From: Squalus acanthias
Taxonomy: Eukaryota
Length of the DNA stretch: 64,000 nt
Reading direction: 5' to 3'
Assembly (NCBI GenBank): GCA_030390025.1
Contig: CM059432.1
Coordinates: 65,350,001 to 65,414,000, forward strand
The notes beneath the pieces were generated by a model. The model did not search any database, was not told the origin of the DNA, and saw nothing but the letters and a program-made list of their open reading frames with translations. Positions within the stretch are counted from its first letter, which is position 1. Each line of letters begins with the position of its first letter. The position numbers and the translations under genes were made by a program. Positions 50,020 to 62,850 of the stretch are shown one piece after another.

Positions 50020-51830
50020 ATCATAGAATCATAGAAAGTTACAGCACGGAAGGAGGCCGTTTCGGCCCATCGTGTCCGCGTGGGCCAAAAAAGAGCTATC
50101 CAGCCTAATCCCACTTCCCAGCTCTTGGTCCATAGCCCTGTAGGTTAGAGCATCCCAAGTGATCAACCAAGTACTTTTTAAATGTGGTTAGGGTTCCTGC
50201 CTCTACCATCCTTTCAGGCAGTGAGTTCCAGACCCCCACAACCCTCTGGGTGAAGACATTTCCTTCAAATCCCCTCTAAACCTTTCACCAATTACTTTAA
50301 ATCTGTGCCCCCTGGTTTTTGACCCCTCTGCCAAGGGAAATAGGTCCTTTCTATCCACTTTATCTATGCCCCTCATAATTTTATACACATCAATAAGGTC
50401 TCCCCTCAGCCTCCTCTGTTCCAAGGTAAACAGACCCAGACTATCCAGTCTTTCCTCATAGCTAAGAATCTCTACTCCCAGCAACATCCTTGTAAATCTC
50501 CTCTGTGCCCTCTCGAGTGCAATCACATCTTTCCTGTAATGTGGTGACCAGAACTGCACGCACTACTCTAGCTGAGGCCTAACTAGTGATTTATACATTT
50601 CAAGCATAACCCCCCTGCTCTTGTATTCTATGCCACGGCTAATAAAGGGCAAGTATTCCGTATGCCTTCTTAACCACCTTATCTACCTGCCCTGCTACCT
50701 TCAGGGATCTGTGGACATGCACTCCAAGGTCCTTTTGTTCCTCTACACTACTCAGTGTCCCACCATTTAATGTGTATTCCCTTTCCTTGTTAGCCCTCCC
50801 CAAATGCATTACCTCACACTTCTCCGGATTGAATTCCATTTACCACTGTTCTGCCCACCTGACCAATTTATTGATATCTTCCTGCAGTCTACAGCTTCCT
50901 TCTTCAGTATCAACCACACAGCCGAATTTAGTATCATCTGCAAGCTTCTTAATCATACCCCCTATATTCAAGTCTAGATCATTGATATATACCACAAAAA
51001 GCAAGGGACCTAGTACTGAGCCCTGCAGAACCCCACTGGAAACAGCCTTCCAGTCACAAAAATACCCAACAACCATTACCCTCTGCTGCCTGACTCCGAG
51101 CCTGTTTTGAATCCAGCTTGACACTTTGCCCTGGATCCCATGGGCTTTTAACTTTGTGACCAGTCTGCCATGTGGAATCTTATCAAAAGCCTTGCTAAAG
51201 TCCATATACACTACATCAAACGCACTACCCTTATCTACCCTCCTTGTTACTTCCTCAAAAAATTCAATCAAGTTTGTCAGACACGACCTTCCCTTAACAA
51301 ACCTGTGCTGACTATCCTTGATTTATCTGTGTCTTCCTAAATGAAAATTTATCCTGTCCTTCAGAATTCTTTCCAATAATTTTCCCACCACTGAGGTTAG
51401 GCTGACTGGCCTGTAATTACTCGGTCTATCCTTTCCTCCCTTTTTAAATAAGGGTACCACATTAGCAGTCCTCCGGCACCACACCTGAAGCCAGAGACGA
51501 TTGAAAAATGATGCTATTTCCTCTTTTGCTTCGCTTAACAGCATTTCATCTGGGCCTGGGGATTTATCCACTTTTAAAGCTGCTAAACTCCTTAATATTT
51601 CCTCTCTCACTATGTTTATTTCATCTAATATTTCACACTCCTCCCCGCTGATAGCAATGTCTGCTTCGCCCCTCTCCTTTGTGAAAACAGACGCAAAGTA
51701 TTCAATAAGAACCCTACCGACGTCTCCAGCCTCCACATACAGATTACCCTCATGATCTCTAATAGGCCCTACCCTTTCTTTAGTTATCCTCTTACTCTTA
51801 ATATATTTATAAAACATCTTTGGGTTTTCG
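50020..51830 (-). mobile_element. CR1 LINE, same subfamily as 39640-42190, inverted
   Basis: ORFs 51323..51817, 50840..51271 and 50203..50559 nearly match ORFs 40399..41514 and 41688..41921. Confidence 0.95.
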
Positions 51831-52247
51831 CAAACTCAATTTCTGAGCAAGTAACTGAAATAAAACTATTTTAAAGAATTACATTTCTGTTCTTGTCAAT
51901 ACTGAGGTTCAGAGATTGATAAAAAAATAAATATATTATTTTACAAAGTATCAAAAGCATGAATGTGAATTAAATATATAGAAAAGGACATTCAGTCTAT
52001 TCGGCTGTGCTAACCAGAGACCATCAACTACACCCAACTTATGAAGGCAACCAATCCAAGAATGTAAGGCCCTATAAAGATTTCTCTGGCTTTTCACCGA
52101 CATTGACACAGATGCACATTCCACATCACTGGATAGCAGCCAGGAGTGGAAGCAGGAGTTTTTATTCTGGGACCTTCTGGCTCATAAGGTTTAGCAACTC
52201 ATCACATAATGCATTCATTCACTATATCATCAGGGAAATAATTCCTC

Positions 52248-52878
52248 GGGGGAAAAATTCGGTGGCGCCCCCTCTGGGGCGCTAACTTCGCCGGGGCACT
52301 ACTTTTAGCCCCTGCGCTCCCTCTCCTTCCTGGGGCCATGTGTGTAGCCACGTAGTGCCGCGGTATTGCAGGCCTCCCTCCCCTGATTAAAGGGGAGGGG
52401 CCTAACACTGCGCGCACCAGGGGTCTGCTGGACCACCGGGGAGCGGGTTGCTGGGAAAGCAGCCCGGACTCAAGAGGAGTGCCGGGCTGAGCGATCACGG
52501 CCGGCACCCCGAATAAAAGAGGGGAAGGGGGCAGGTGCTGGTAGGCGGCCAGAAACAAAACAATGGCCGCCCGACACCTGCCCCTTTAAATACCACTGCT
52601 GCGGCTGCAGAAACGTCACCCTGACCCTGTCGGACTTATCGTCCGGCGATAGGTCAAGGGGCGCAACTGAATTTTGCGGCCGGGACGCGAGTGGGGCACT
52701 GCACACGGTGGTGACGTCATCGCCGCAGGGCGCTACCGGATACTGCCGCCGCTAACCTCCCGCTGAATTTCACGGGAGACGTTAGCGGTGTCGCACCCAG
52801 GCGCTAGGGTCTATGCACCTCGTTAGTGGCCCCCCGAGGGCGCTAATGGGAGGCACAAAGCAACCCAATTTTTCCCCC
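52248..52878. mobile_element. GC-rich MITE
   Basis: TIR GGGGGAAAAATT / AATTTTTCCCCC; TSD CTC. Confidence 0.88.
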
Positions 52879-53190
52879 CTCATGTTTTGCTTACTAGGAT
52901 GCAAGGAGCACCAGAGAAAGAAAACCCCTAGGAATACATAATAAAAGGGTGTTGCAGATTAAGTGTTTCTGACAAGTGAAATTAAGCACTATTAATGTAT
53001 TCTGCCATCTATTGTCTGCCTGACAATGTGTTCATGTGAGAAAAGATAGTGGAAGAGAAATTTTAAGGAGTCGAACTGCTAGGTGAAATGGGAAAAACAC
53101 CACAGATGTATAGAAATTTGGAAGATTTGAGCAGTCAAGGAGGAAGATCTCTTTTGTTACCTATAGCAAACTGTAAACATGTTTATGATG

Positions 53191-53382
53191 AAAGTGAGAA
53201 GTCGCACAACACCAGGTTATAGTCCAACAGTTTTATTTGAAATCACAAGCTTTCGGAGCGCTGCTCCTTTTTCAAATTATTTTTCAAACAGATTTCAAAT
53301 AAAACTGTTGGACTATAACCTGGTGTTGTGCGACTTCTCACTTTTGTCCACCCCAGTCCAACACCGGCATCTCCGCATCATG
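53191..53382. mobile_element. Penelope-type inverted terminal-repeat remnant with partial hammerhead
   Basis: Perfect 54-bp arms 53191-53244 / 53291-53344; 15-bp duplication CATGTTTATGATGAA; minus strand GGAGC-AGC-GCTCC-GAAA. Confidence 0.78.
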
Positions 53383-53469
53383 TTTATGATGAACATATTT
53401 ATGATTTTCTTACAAACAAACAGGAGATCTTTCTTTGTGCCATGTTTAATGATACAGTGTAATGCATTA

Positions 53470-53655
53470 AGTGTGCAGTGTGTAGGGAGTGTAACACATG
53501 GAGAATGCAGTTACGGAGAATGCAGTGCATAGAGACTAGAAAGTTTGCTGAATGTAACACATGGAAAATGCAGTGTGTGGAGATTTTAATTCATGAAGAG
53601 TGTAACGGATGAAAGTGCAGTGTATTGCAATGCAATGCGTGGATAGTGTAACATA
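53470..53655. repeat. Degenerate tandem repeat (gtgtaacacatggagaatgcagtg-like), resuming at about 54535-54640
   Basis: Recurring tgtaac and atgcagtg words. Confidence 0.55.
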
Positions 53656-54531
53656 GGGCTAGATTTTCTCATTGGGGAGCTTTTGGAGGCGGGACTCCCA
53701 CTTGTCGGGTTTTAGTCCCGCCTCCATCGACTTGTGGCCAACCCACGCTATTTTCCCTTGATTGACCTTGTTAAGCCCGCCCAGCGGGCTTAGCAGGCCA
53801 ATTCAGGGAAAGCCAGTTATAGGTGACGTCAGCGAGTGACGTTTCATCTGTCAAGAGCTTTTGACAGATGAAATGTCAGCGTTTGACAGCTCTGTGAAGC
53901 TGTCAAACACTGACACTCTGTCCTCTAACTTGAGTCCTTCTACTCAGACTCAGTTAGAGAGCGTTCCTGAGCAGAAAGCAGAAGGCTGCAGCTTTTGACA
54001 GGTCTGCGGCCATTCTGCTTTCCGTGCCGGTGAGCTGAGGGTCTCCCGAGACCTGAAGGGAGGAAGCCTACAGGAAGAGGTAAAGGCAAGTAAAACTTAT
54101 TAAAACACTTTACACACACCTCACAGACTTACCTCACACACTTACCTCTGCACACATGCACCCATCACTCACCTGAACACCGGACATCTCGGCCCCTCCG
54201 ACCCCCACAGGCCGACGGCCCGGCTCACTGACCCTTGCGAGGTCCGGAGCCATCGGGAAGCCCAAACTTCAGGGCTCAAAATGGGGATTCTCAAAAAAAT
54301 TGCCTGTTAACTACCTGTTAACAGGCAGTTAAGTGGCTGTAATCCCCTTCCCGCCTCAAGGAGACGGGACCCGGCGCGGGTCAGGGACCCGGCGCGGGTC
54401 AGGTACCCGCTCCTGGGAAGATGGCATGGAGGCGGATTGGGGGCAGGATGGGTACCAGCCCCCAGATTCTGCCATTTTCCCAGCAGTCCCGCCTCCAAAC
54501 CTGCCTCCCCAGGGCTGGCAAAATCACCCCC
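53656..54531. mobile_element. Harbinger-type MITE (family of 20815-21658)
   Basis: GGGCTAGATTTT / AAAATCACCCCC; TSD ATA. Confidence 0.88.
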
Positions 54532-55642
54532 ATAAAGTTTGCAGTGTACTGTGATTGCAGTACATGGAGGGGGCAGTTGGTGCAGTCCATGTATAGTGTA
54601 ATGTGTATAGGGTGTTGTGCTTTGACAGTATAGTGCATAAATGGAATTCTGAGGCTTTTTTTCCCCTTATAAAATGTTATTGATCATATCCAAAAATAAC
54701 AGTAAGGGAAACTGAATACATTGTACATGATTAAAGATTCTATCTTGTGTTTTGTAAATAGAGCACAAGACATTAGGAAATATGGAATGAGAAAAGGCTA
54801 TTCCATCCGTTAAGCCCACTTCTTTCAACAGCACATGCGTAACTTTAACTGTCTTGAAATCACCTCAACTTATTTAAGGGACAGTACCTCCATGAAAAAA
54901 AATGTTTGCCAAACTTTTCCTTGTTTGAAGAAGGAAGAATCACAGGCTGTTTTGTTGAGGTATTGCTCCTTTAATCTTCAAAGTAAAGCAATAATCACAG
55001 GTAAAATAATCTGTGCAATTTGTTATCTTCTTATGTCCCTGACCTCACTGAAGCAATTAAGTGAATGACTCTAGGTTAGCAGTCTTACTTTATCCAGACT
55101 TGGCTGGTTGTATTCCACAAATGGCATTTACTTAGTCTCAACAGCACTGGAGCAATAATTATCCAAAGCGTATTTGATTATAATGTTGTATCACATCTGG
55201 TCTAGGTCTTGTCAGAATATACGGGAAATGTCATCATTCAGCTCTGAATCATCACCAATGCATCAATGATCTTTTGCTAGGGTGGCCAAAACTGTACAGT
55301 ATTAGTAATGTGGTCTTACAAATTACTTATAAAAGGGTTAAAATAGTTTGTTTTGATTGATAATCTTAGTGCTTGGTTAGCCTTGTTGATGACAGCCTTA
55401 CATTGAATGGATATTTACACTGTTTACATTTAATGTTCTCGCCAGTTCAGATATTCAAACTGTGTAGTCCATTTTATGTAGTTACAAAGCAATGAAAGAC
55501 AGCCCTGCTGAGGTGTTTATACAGTAACGCAGGAGGCAGTCATATTTATTCATTTCCTAACATCATTGCTAGAATTTGGCTATCTGATAGTCAGATTATC
55601 AGAGGACTAAGCTCTGTACTGGGAGACTCAATGTGAACCATA

Positions 55643-56334
55643 GGCCGGAATTTTCAGAGGTAAGAACGAGCGGGTTGGAGGTGTGGGGTGGGGGAGTGAA
55701 AGTTGAAAATATGTGAACCTTGACCCCAACCTGCCCCCTTTCACCTTTAACTCAGGAGGGACGAGGGGGCGTTCAGAGGCCGGAAGTCTCTACTTTAATC
55801 TGCTTTGCAGGTTTCACTGTAGGCAGCCAGGGATCCCGGGGCGCTGGATTCCCAGTGGCTGCAACAAGGCTGCCTCAGCCTCGGACAGCAATCCTTGTGG
55901 GCCGCGAGGAGCAGCAGTGCTTCCTCCCAGCACCCCAACCAGCAGCCTGGCCCTCCCCGGGGCCGGACCCCGCCCCCCAGGATCAGACTCATCCCCTGGG
56001 CCTGGAACACCCCCCCGCCCTGGGAACACGACTCAGCACTGGGGATCGGACCCCCCCACCACCCCGGGGCTTCTGACTCCCACCCCCACCCCCCATCCCC
56101 ATCATGGGCCCAACACTTACCTGGTCCTACGGCCTCCTTCTCCGCATTCCCCACCCGACTGGAAGCCAGTCTGTCAATCAGGCTGACATCCAGGCGGGGA
56201 ACCCACCCGTGACATCGCACGCACGCTCTGGAGTTAAAACTCCACAGTGTGCTGGGAAACCCGACCTCCCGGGGTTCCTGCCCTCTCCCCGGTCCCCCCG
56301 CACCGTGTGGGTGGGACACGGCAAAATCCAGCCC
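55643..56334. mobile_element. Harbinger-type MITE
   Basis: GGCCGGAATTTT / AAAATCCAGCCC; TSD ATA. Confidence 0.88.
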
Positions 56335-56749
56335 ATAGTCATTACTGGGGTTCATACTCAGATTTAATTTAGTGAGTGAGTTTCATCAATCTCAGCTGGG
56401 TCATCTGAGACAGAGCTGGGTTTTTCTCCCCTGCCAACTTTCTCCCTTCCTTTCCTATAGATCCTCGCCAGTCACCCAACAGGATCTTACCAAGTAACTA
56501 TTCTTCATGTGTGACCTTGACAGGGAATGTTGGCATTGGACTTCAAAGGATATCACAGCACAGCCTAATTGTGTCCTTAGCCAGCACCCGTACACTGTGT
56601 GCTTGGCAGCACAGGTCACCGGTTAGTAATCAGAAATGGGAACCAAGAATGTTTCTTTTCTTGATAGTCCTGGGTATTGAGGTCAAATGTAGCATCTGGC
56701 TGAGGTCAACACAGACAGGAGATTGAACTTGGGGCTTTTCTAGGTGGAC

Positions 56750-57525
56750 AATATAACCAACACATGTGCATGGTGTTGAAGTAACTAAGGATGAAGCTGA
56801 AAAATACTTCGGAGTCTAAGTAGACCTGATGCTCAACATGTCTAACCAATGCAAAGCAGCAATCAACAAAGTCAATAGGATTTTGAACTGCTTAGTCAAA
56901 ACAGTAGAATACAAGCCAGAGAAAGTTGTGACATAGAAACATAGAAACATAGAATCTAGGAGCAGGAGTAGGCCATTCGGCCCGTCGAGCCTGCTCCACC
57001 ATTCAATACGATCATGGCTGATCATCCAAATCCAGTACCCTGTCCCCTGCTTTAATCCCCACAGTACACACATCCCACCCTACCCCTGTAACCCCACGTA
57101 TTTAATTCCCCCGAACATATCCCATCCTATCCCCATAACCCCACATATTTAATCCCCCCCTAACACTAAGGGTCAATTTATCATAGCCAAATCAACCTAA
57201 CCCGCACATTTTTGGACATTTGTGACCAAACTCTACAGTGCTCTGGTCAGACCGTACCTTGGTTGCCAAGACTTAAGGGTGACATTCAAGTATTGGAGAG
57301 CCATGAGGCTGATCTCTAGTATTAAAAATCTGAGTTATGAGGCAGGACTGGAGTAACTTGGGCTTTTCAGCCTGGATAGCAGACTTCTGAGAGGTGACCT
57401 TATAGAAGTATATGATAGTTAAGGGAATGGAAAAGATAAATCCACAATATTACTTTAATTAAATTGCAATAGTAAGACAAGGAGACACAAGCTAGTAAAA
57501 GGTGAATTTAGGACTATTGTTGAAG
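56750..57525 (+). mobile_element. Old CR1 fragment interrupted by a SINE-like insert
   Basis: KLYSALVRP and LRGDLIEVY remnants. Confidence 0.65.
56933..57219 (-). mobile_element. SINE fragment with CR1-type tail (HE1/V-SINE-like)
   Basis: ACATAGAA-repeat tail; core taagggtcaatttatcatagcc...acctaacccgcacat; 7-bp TSD TTGTGAC. Confidence 0.6.
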
Positions 57526-58359
57526 TGAAGTCCTGATATGCTATTATTCTTATTCTAAGTTAGCAGATTTTTAAATCAGTTTATACAGACTTATACGGTA
57601 CTGCTCCCTATAGCTGTCTCCTGGTTCACCAATACTACATATGCTTGGTAAATGATGAACACCAGATGGAATGTGTCAGTGCTCAAGGTTTTTTCCATTA
57701 TACATGTATTGAAATCCAGCCAGTACTGGGCAATGCAATGTAAACACTTCAGTAGAAAAGAAATACCTGTTATCTGCGTGAGGCTTCAGTTGGCTTGTAT
57801 GGATTTGCACCTGCAAATCTGCAAGTGTCATTGTATCATGAGAATGGGAACGCCTGCTGGGATTTGGAGCTGATTGGCAACTATAAGTAGGTGCTGGAGA
57901 CACAATTGACAAATACCTTGCTGAGCTTCACCCCATTAGTCGGCTCATGAGAGACTAATGCTATGTTGCAAAATTCAGTAAATACTGCGAAGAAAATATC
58001 AAAATTGGCTGAAGTATTTATTAGTACAGCCAAAGATTTATAAGCTGACTCATGGAGTGCTTAAAATTACTCATAATTGGCTGTAATCAGTTCCAATCCC
58101 TTTATTAAAGAGACATTTATTACCATGTTAAAAAAATTGCAGTTTTTCCTCTTAGCTCCTAAAGAACTTGACACGATGCGAGATCATAACTGCCAAGGTC
58201 ACACGATAATTACAGATGAAGGAGGCCATTTGGCCCATCTCAGCTTATCCATACAGAAACACCATGAAGCCCCTTCATTCCAGAAATCAACTAGCTCTTA
58301 AACAATTCCGGGGATTTTGCAGTTCAGTCTGGGAGTCTATTCCATGTATTAATCACTCT

Positions 58360-60038
58360 GGCCGGAATTTTGCTGGCGCTCAGAGGGTGGGTTCGGAGGT
58401 GGGTCCGCTGTCTTAATCACAAAGATTGACAGCGGGGCGGTATTCCGCTCTGAACCCGCCTCCTTGTGAGTTTCCCTAGTGTCGGCTCTGCCTGCGCTTT
58501 GTAGACCTGGCACTAAGCAGCGGGTCAGGCAATTCAGATAGTTAAGAGAGTGTTTAAAGCAATTTAATCAGCATTTTATCAGGTACAAACCATTTTCCCA
58601 AGTTTTCCACGAGGTTCACGTCACTCAGGGATCACGCCAGGTAAGTGTGTTGGCTTTTTAACAACTCTCCATTTCTGTGATTAGGTGAAAGCTGCAAAAG
58701 TGGTATAAAACCTACCATTTCACAGCTGTTCACTTTCCAATCTTAGAGGCTGGAGCCTTCAGGATTTGAATACACTTTTCAGCTTTATGGAGGGTTGAAG
58801 TGTTTGGAGCAAACTCTCGATCCAGTGTCACCTCCTTGGAGCAACCTCTCTCACCATTGACAGATCGCTTCTGTCATCTCAACTTCAGCTGCCAGCTATT
58901 CCATCAGCATCTTGAAAAAATCTCACCTTGGTCCTCAGAATCCCAACACGATTAGCCCCAACGCCAACATCACCAGTCCCACCAGCAGCACCAACAACAA
59001 CACCAAACTTCTCCATAATCACCTGATGCTGCACAGGACACAGGGCATCAGCACCCGAGCACATTGCTGCCTGGGAGGCCAAGGATGGCCTCACCATGGA
59101 CAGATTTACTTCACTTGACGCTGTACACCCTGGCTGACACATGATGCCAGGTTGGTACCAGCCCACATCAACACCATAAAGCATCCCTACAATGCCCAAG
59201 CCATTCCTTTCACACTCATCACCATTGCGAGGGTACCGTTATGTCTCACCATTCACTCCAACTCACTAAGCTACTTCCAAAGGTGCACACAAATCTGTTC
59301 AAGAAGGCAAAGTGTTGAAAATAAAGATTTCATTGTTTGACAACACATTAACAGAAACTTCACATGAACATTGGTGATAACATCCAAGTGCCTACCCTTG
59401 TGTGTTATTGGTATGATTGGACAAGGATGAGGGTGAGGGTGGGTGTGAGGGGTGGCTAGTGAGATGGGGAAGTGATAATGTAGATAGAGAGGGATGGGTG
59501 GAGGTGCAAGGTAAGTTGATGCGAGTAAGGATGTGTGGGAGTAGGGTAGGGAAGGCAGAATGATGGGGATGTGATGAGTGGCACAGCAGGATGAGGCTGA
59601 ATGTGGCTTTGCAGTAACATTCTGTGATCTACTGAGATCATTGCAGTTTGCGCCACTGCATGCAACCAGGCTGTATTGGTCTCTTGGGAAGGTGTCTTCC
59701 GCCTATTGGAAGGGAAAAGAACCTCTCTGCGTGCTGTGACTCCCTCCATAAGCATATGGAGGGAGTAATGGGAGAGCCTGGGTGCAGTCATGCACCTTTG
59801 TGCAGTGCTTGTCAGTGTTTGTAGCATCTCAATGCTGTAGAGCACTGACAGCACAACTGTCAAAATGATTGTGGACATGGTCCCTTTAAGGAAACAGGCT
59901 GATGACGTGTCATCAAATGAAGTCATCAGACCCGCCTCCTATTAATTGGCCGGGAACCTCGCAGGGCGGGCTTAACAAGCCCCATCAACGAAATATCTTG
60001 TTGGAGGCTGGGATTGACACAGATGCGGGGTCCAGCCC
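58360..60038 (-). mobile_element. Harbinger/Myb family copy inserted in an old CR1
   Basis: TSD TCT; removal restores RKFFTQRVINTW on the minus strand; Myb ORF 59456..59926 with an internal deletion. Confidence 0.87.
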
Positions 60039-60790
60039 TCTTTGTGTGAAGAACTTCCTGATAACAGCCCTAAATTGACCTCCTGGTTTGGTACTTTCTG
60101 CTAGTTTGACCAATTTATCATGGGTTTCTGAGTCTAAATCATTGATGTAAATTAGAAACAGTAATGCTCCAAACACTGATCCCTGGCAAACCCCAACTCA
60201 GCACTCCCGCACCCCCCACCTGCCCCCACCAACATTGACGTAACTCCTCTAATAAGTATCCATTAGTTTCTACCCTTCAGCTAAATTCTTATCCATACCC
60301 AAGATTTAACCTGATTTCCCCCATCTTTGAGTTTAACCAATAGCTATTGTGCGGAACCTTATCAAATATCTTCTGGAAGTCTAAATACAACGTATTACAG
60401 GGATTACCATAGTCCACTGGGGAAGTTACTTCCATAATGTACTCAGGAGGGTTGATCAGGCAGGATCGCCACCTTCTGAATCAACACTGACTGCTGTTAA
60501 CTAAGTTACGAATGTACAGATAACCTTCACATTTACACCTGATAATCAATTCCATTGCTTTATAAGGTGTTGAAAAAGATTAATGGCCCTGTAGTTGTCT
60601 GAATCTAATTTGTCACGCTTTTTGAATACGGGCACCACAATTTCCAATCCACTAATCGCTTCTCAGTGTCCAGTGACTCCTTTATAATGATTCTCAATGC
60701 CTCACAAATTTCTACTTTAGCCATCTGGAATAAATACCTTATATCCCTGAGGATTTATAATTTTTGAGTCCTTTGAGCCTATCTGGGATT
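60039..60790 (-). mobile_element. Old CR1 fragment (continues at 58195-58359)
   Basis: ORF 59985..60176: LLFLIYINDLD...RKFFTQR. Confidence 0.7.
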
Positions 60791-61018
60791 CCATCTCAGT
60801 CACATCAAGTCATTTTGCCTGGGCTAATACTGTTTGAGGACATCATGTTACACTTGTCTACCCTTGCAATGGTCTTGTTCATCAGATTATAATTCTACTT
60901 CATAATTACCACAGAACTAAAATTTTAATTGCATTTTTTTTCAATTTTGAACCATTTTCTTGGTATGCTTTCAGAGTGTGATTTATGAATTTTGAAAAGA
61001 AAGACTTGCATTTATATA

Positions 61019-61213
61019 ATAGCAAAATACTGCGGATGCTGGAAATCTGAAATAACAACAGAAAACGCTGGAAAAAACTCAGCAGGCCAGGCAGCATCCG
61101 TGGAGAGAGAAACAGAGTTAACGTTTCAGGTCAAAGACCAGTTCTGACGAAAGGTCTTCGACCTGAAACGTTAACTCTGTTTCTCTCTCCAAGGATGCTG
61201 CCTGGCCTGCTGA
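61019..61213. mobile_element. Penelope terminal-repeat insertion with inverted arm
   Basis: Arms 61079-61132 / 61160-61213; 16-bp TSD GACTTGCATTTATATA (61003-18, 61212-27). Confidence 0.8.
61140..61176 (+). ncRNA. Minimal type-I hammerhead ribozyme motif
   Basis: AGTT-CTGACGA-A-AGGTC(TTC)GACCT-GAAAC-GTT-AACT: core, stem II, stem I and palindromic stem III. Confidence 0.7.
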
Positions 61214-61274
61214 CTTGCATTTATATAGTGCCTTTAACAACTTCAGGACATACCAAAGGCTTTACAACCAATGA

Positions 61275-62850
61275 ATTACTCTGACCATTTCCTCGTATCG
61301 CACTCCACCCACATCCCCCTTCCACCCCCACCCGCCCCCAACCCTACTTCCTTCTGTGTCCGTCCCTGGAAAAAACTCTCTCCCAACTCTCTTATAACGC
61401 ACTTATGAAATCCCAACTGTCCAGTCTCTGGCCCTCCATTCACCATGACATTTCTGCAGCTACCGATCTGCTCAACCACACCCTCACCACTATCTTTGAT
61501 GCCCTAGTCCCTACTAAAACAATTACTCTCTCTCACCCTGGCCATTCCCCCTGGTACGGCTCTCATCTTCGCTCCCTTAAGTCCAGGGTCACAGACTTGA
61601 ACGGATACGGCGGACAACTGGTTTAGCCTTTCACCGCCAGATCTGGCTGGACCACATAAAGCACTATCGGGCCCTGCTCTCGTCTGTCAAAATTGCTCAC
61701 TATTCCAGAATCATTCTGGAATGCAAAGATAAGCCCCGGCTCCTATTCTCTACTGCTAACCGTCTTCTTAAAACCCTCTCCCCTGTCTCCTCCACCCTCA
61801 CCTCCGATAACAAATGTGAGGAGCTCATGGACTTCTTTGTCTCTAAGATTGAGACCATCCGTTCAGCTGCCTCTGCCACTTCCCTTCCTTCCCCTAGCCC
61901 ACTGGGCCAAACTTCCTCTAAGGTTCCTCCCTACCCTAGCCCTGAACTCACATCTTTCTCCAGTTTCTCTCCGATCTCCTCTCATGCCCTCTCTGCGCTA
62001 ATCTTGTCTATGAGACCCACCTCCTGCTCCTTCGACCCTATTCCCACCAAACTGCTGACCACCCAACTTCCTTTTCTGGCTCCCATGTTAACTGATATTG
62101 TTAACAGTTCTCTCTCCTCAGGTACTGTCCCCCTCTCCCTCAAATCTGCCGTTATCACCCCTCTCCTCAAAAAACCAAACCTTGATCCCTCCGTCCTTGC
62201 AAATTACCGCCCCATCTCCAACCTCCCTTTCCTCTCCAAAGTCCTTGAACGTGTTGTTGTCTCCCAAATCCGTGCCCATCTTTCCCGCAATTCCATGTTT
62301 GAATCCTTCCAATCAGGTTTCCACCCTTGCCACAGTACCGAAATGGCTCTCATCAAAGTCACAAATGACATCCTTTGTGAATGTGACAAAGGTAAACTAT
62401 CCCGCCTCAAAATTCTCATCCTTGTTTTCAAATCCCTCCATGGCCTCGCCCCTTCCAATCTCTGTAATTTCCTTCAGCCCCACAACCACCCGCCCCCCCA
62501 CCGCCGCCCCCCCACCCCCACCCCCCGAGATATCTGCGCTCCTCTAATTCTGCCCTCTTGAGGATCCCTGATTAAAATCGCTCAACCATTGGTGACTGTG
62601 CCTACTGTTGCCTAGGCCTTAAGCTCTGGAATTCCCTGCCTAAACCTCTCCGCCTCGCTACCTCTCTTTCCTCCTTTAAGACGCTCCTTAAAGCCTACAT
62701 CTTTGACCAAGCTTTTGGTCACCTGCCCTAATTTATCCTTATGTGGATCGGTGTCAAATTTTTTGTCTTAAAATACTCCTGTGCAGTGCCTTGGGACATT
62801 TTACTACATTAAAGGTGCTATATAAATAGAAGTTGTTGTTGTTGTTGTAG
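61275..62850 (+). mobile_element. L2 LINE fragment with internal deletion and 3' tail
   Basis: ORF 61827..62561: DPIPTKLL, NYRPISNLPFLSKVLE, QSGF...HSTEMAL; (GTT)n tail. Confidence 0.9.

Noticed and set aside
55713..56367. Overlapping Pro/Gly-rich ORFs
   Set aside because: GC-rich MITE interior with few stop codons; no domain recognised
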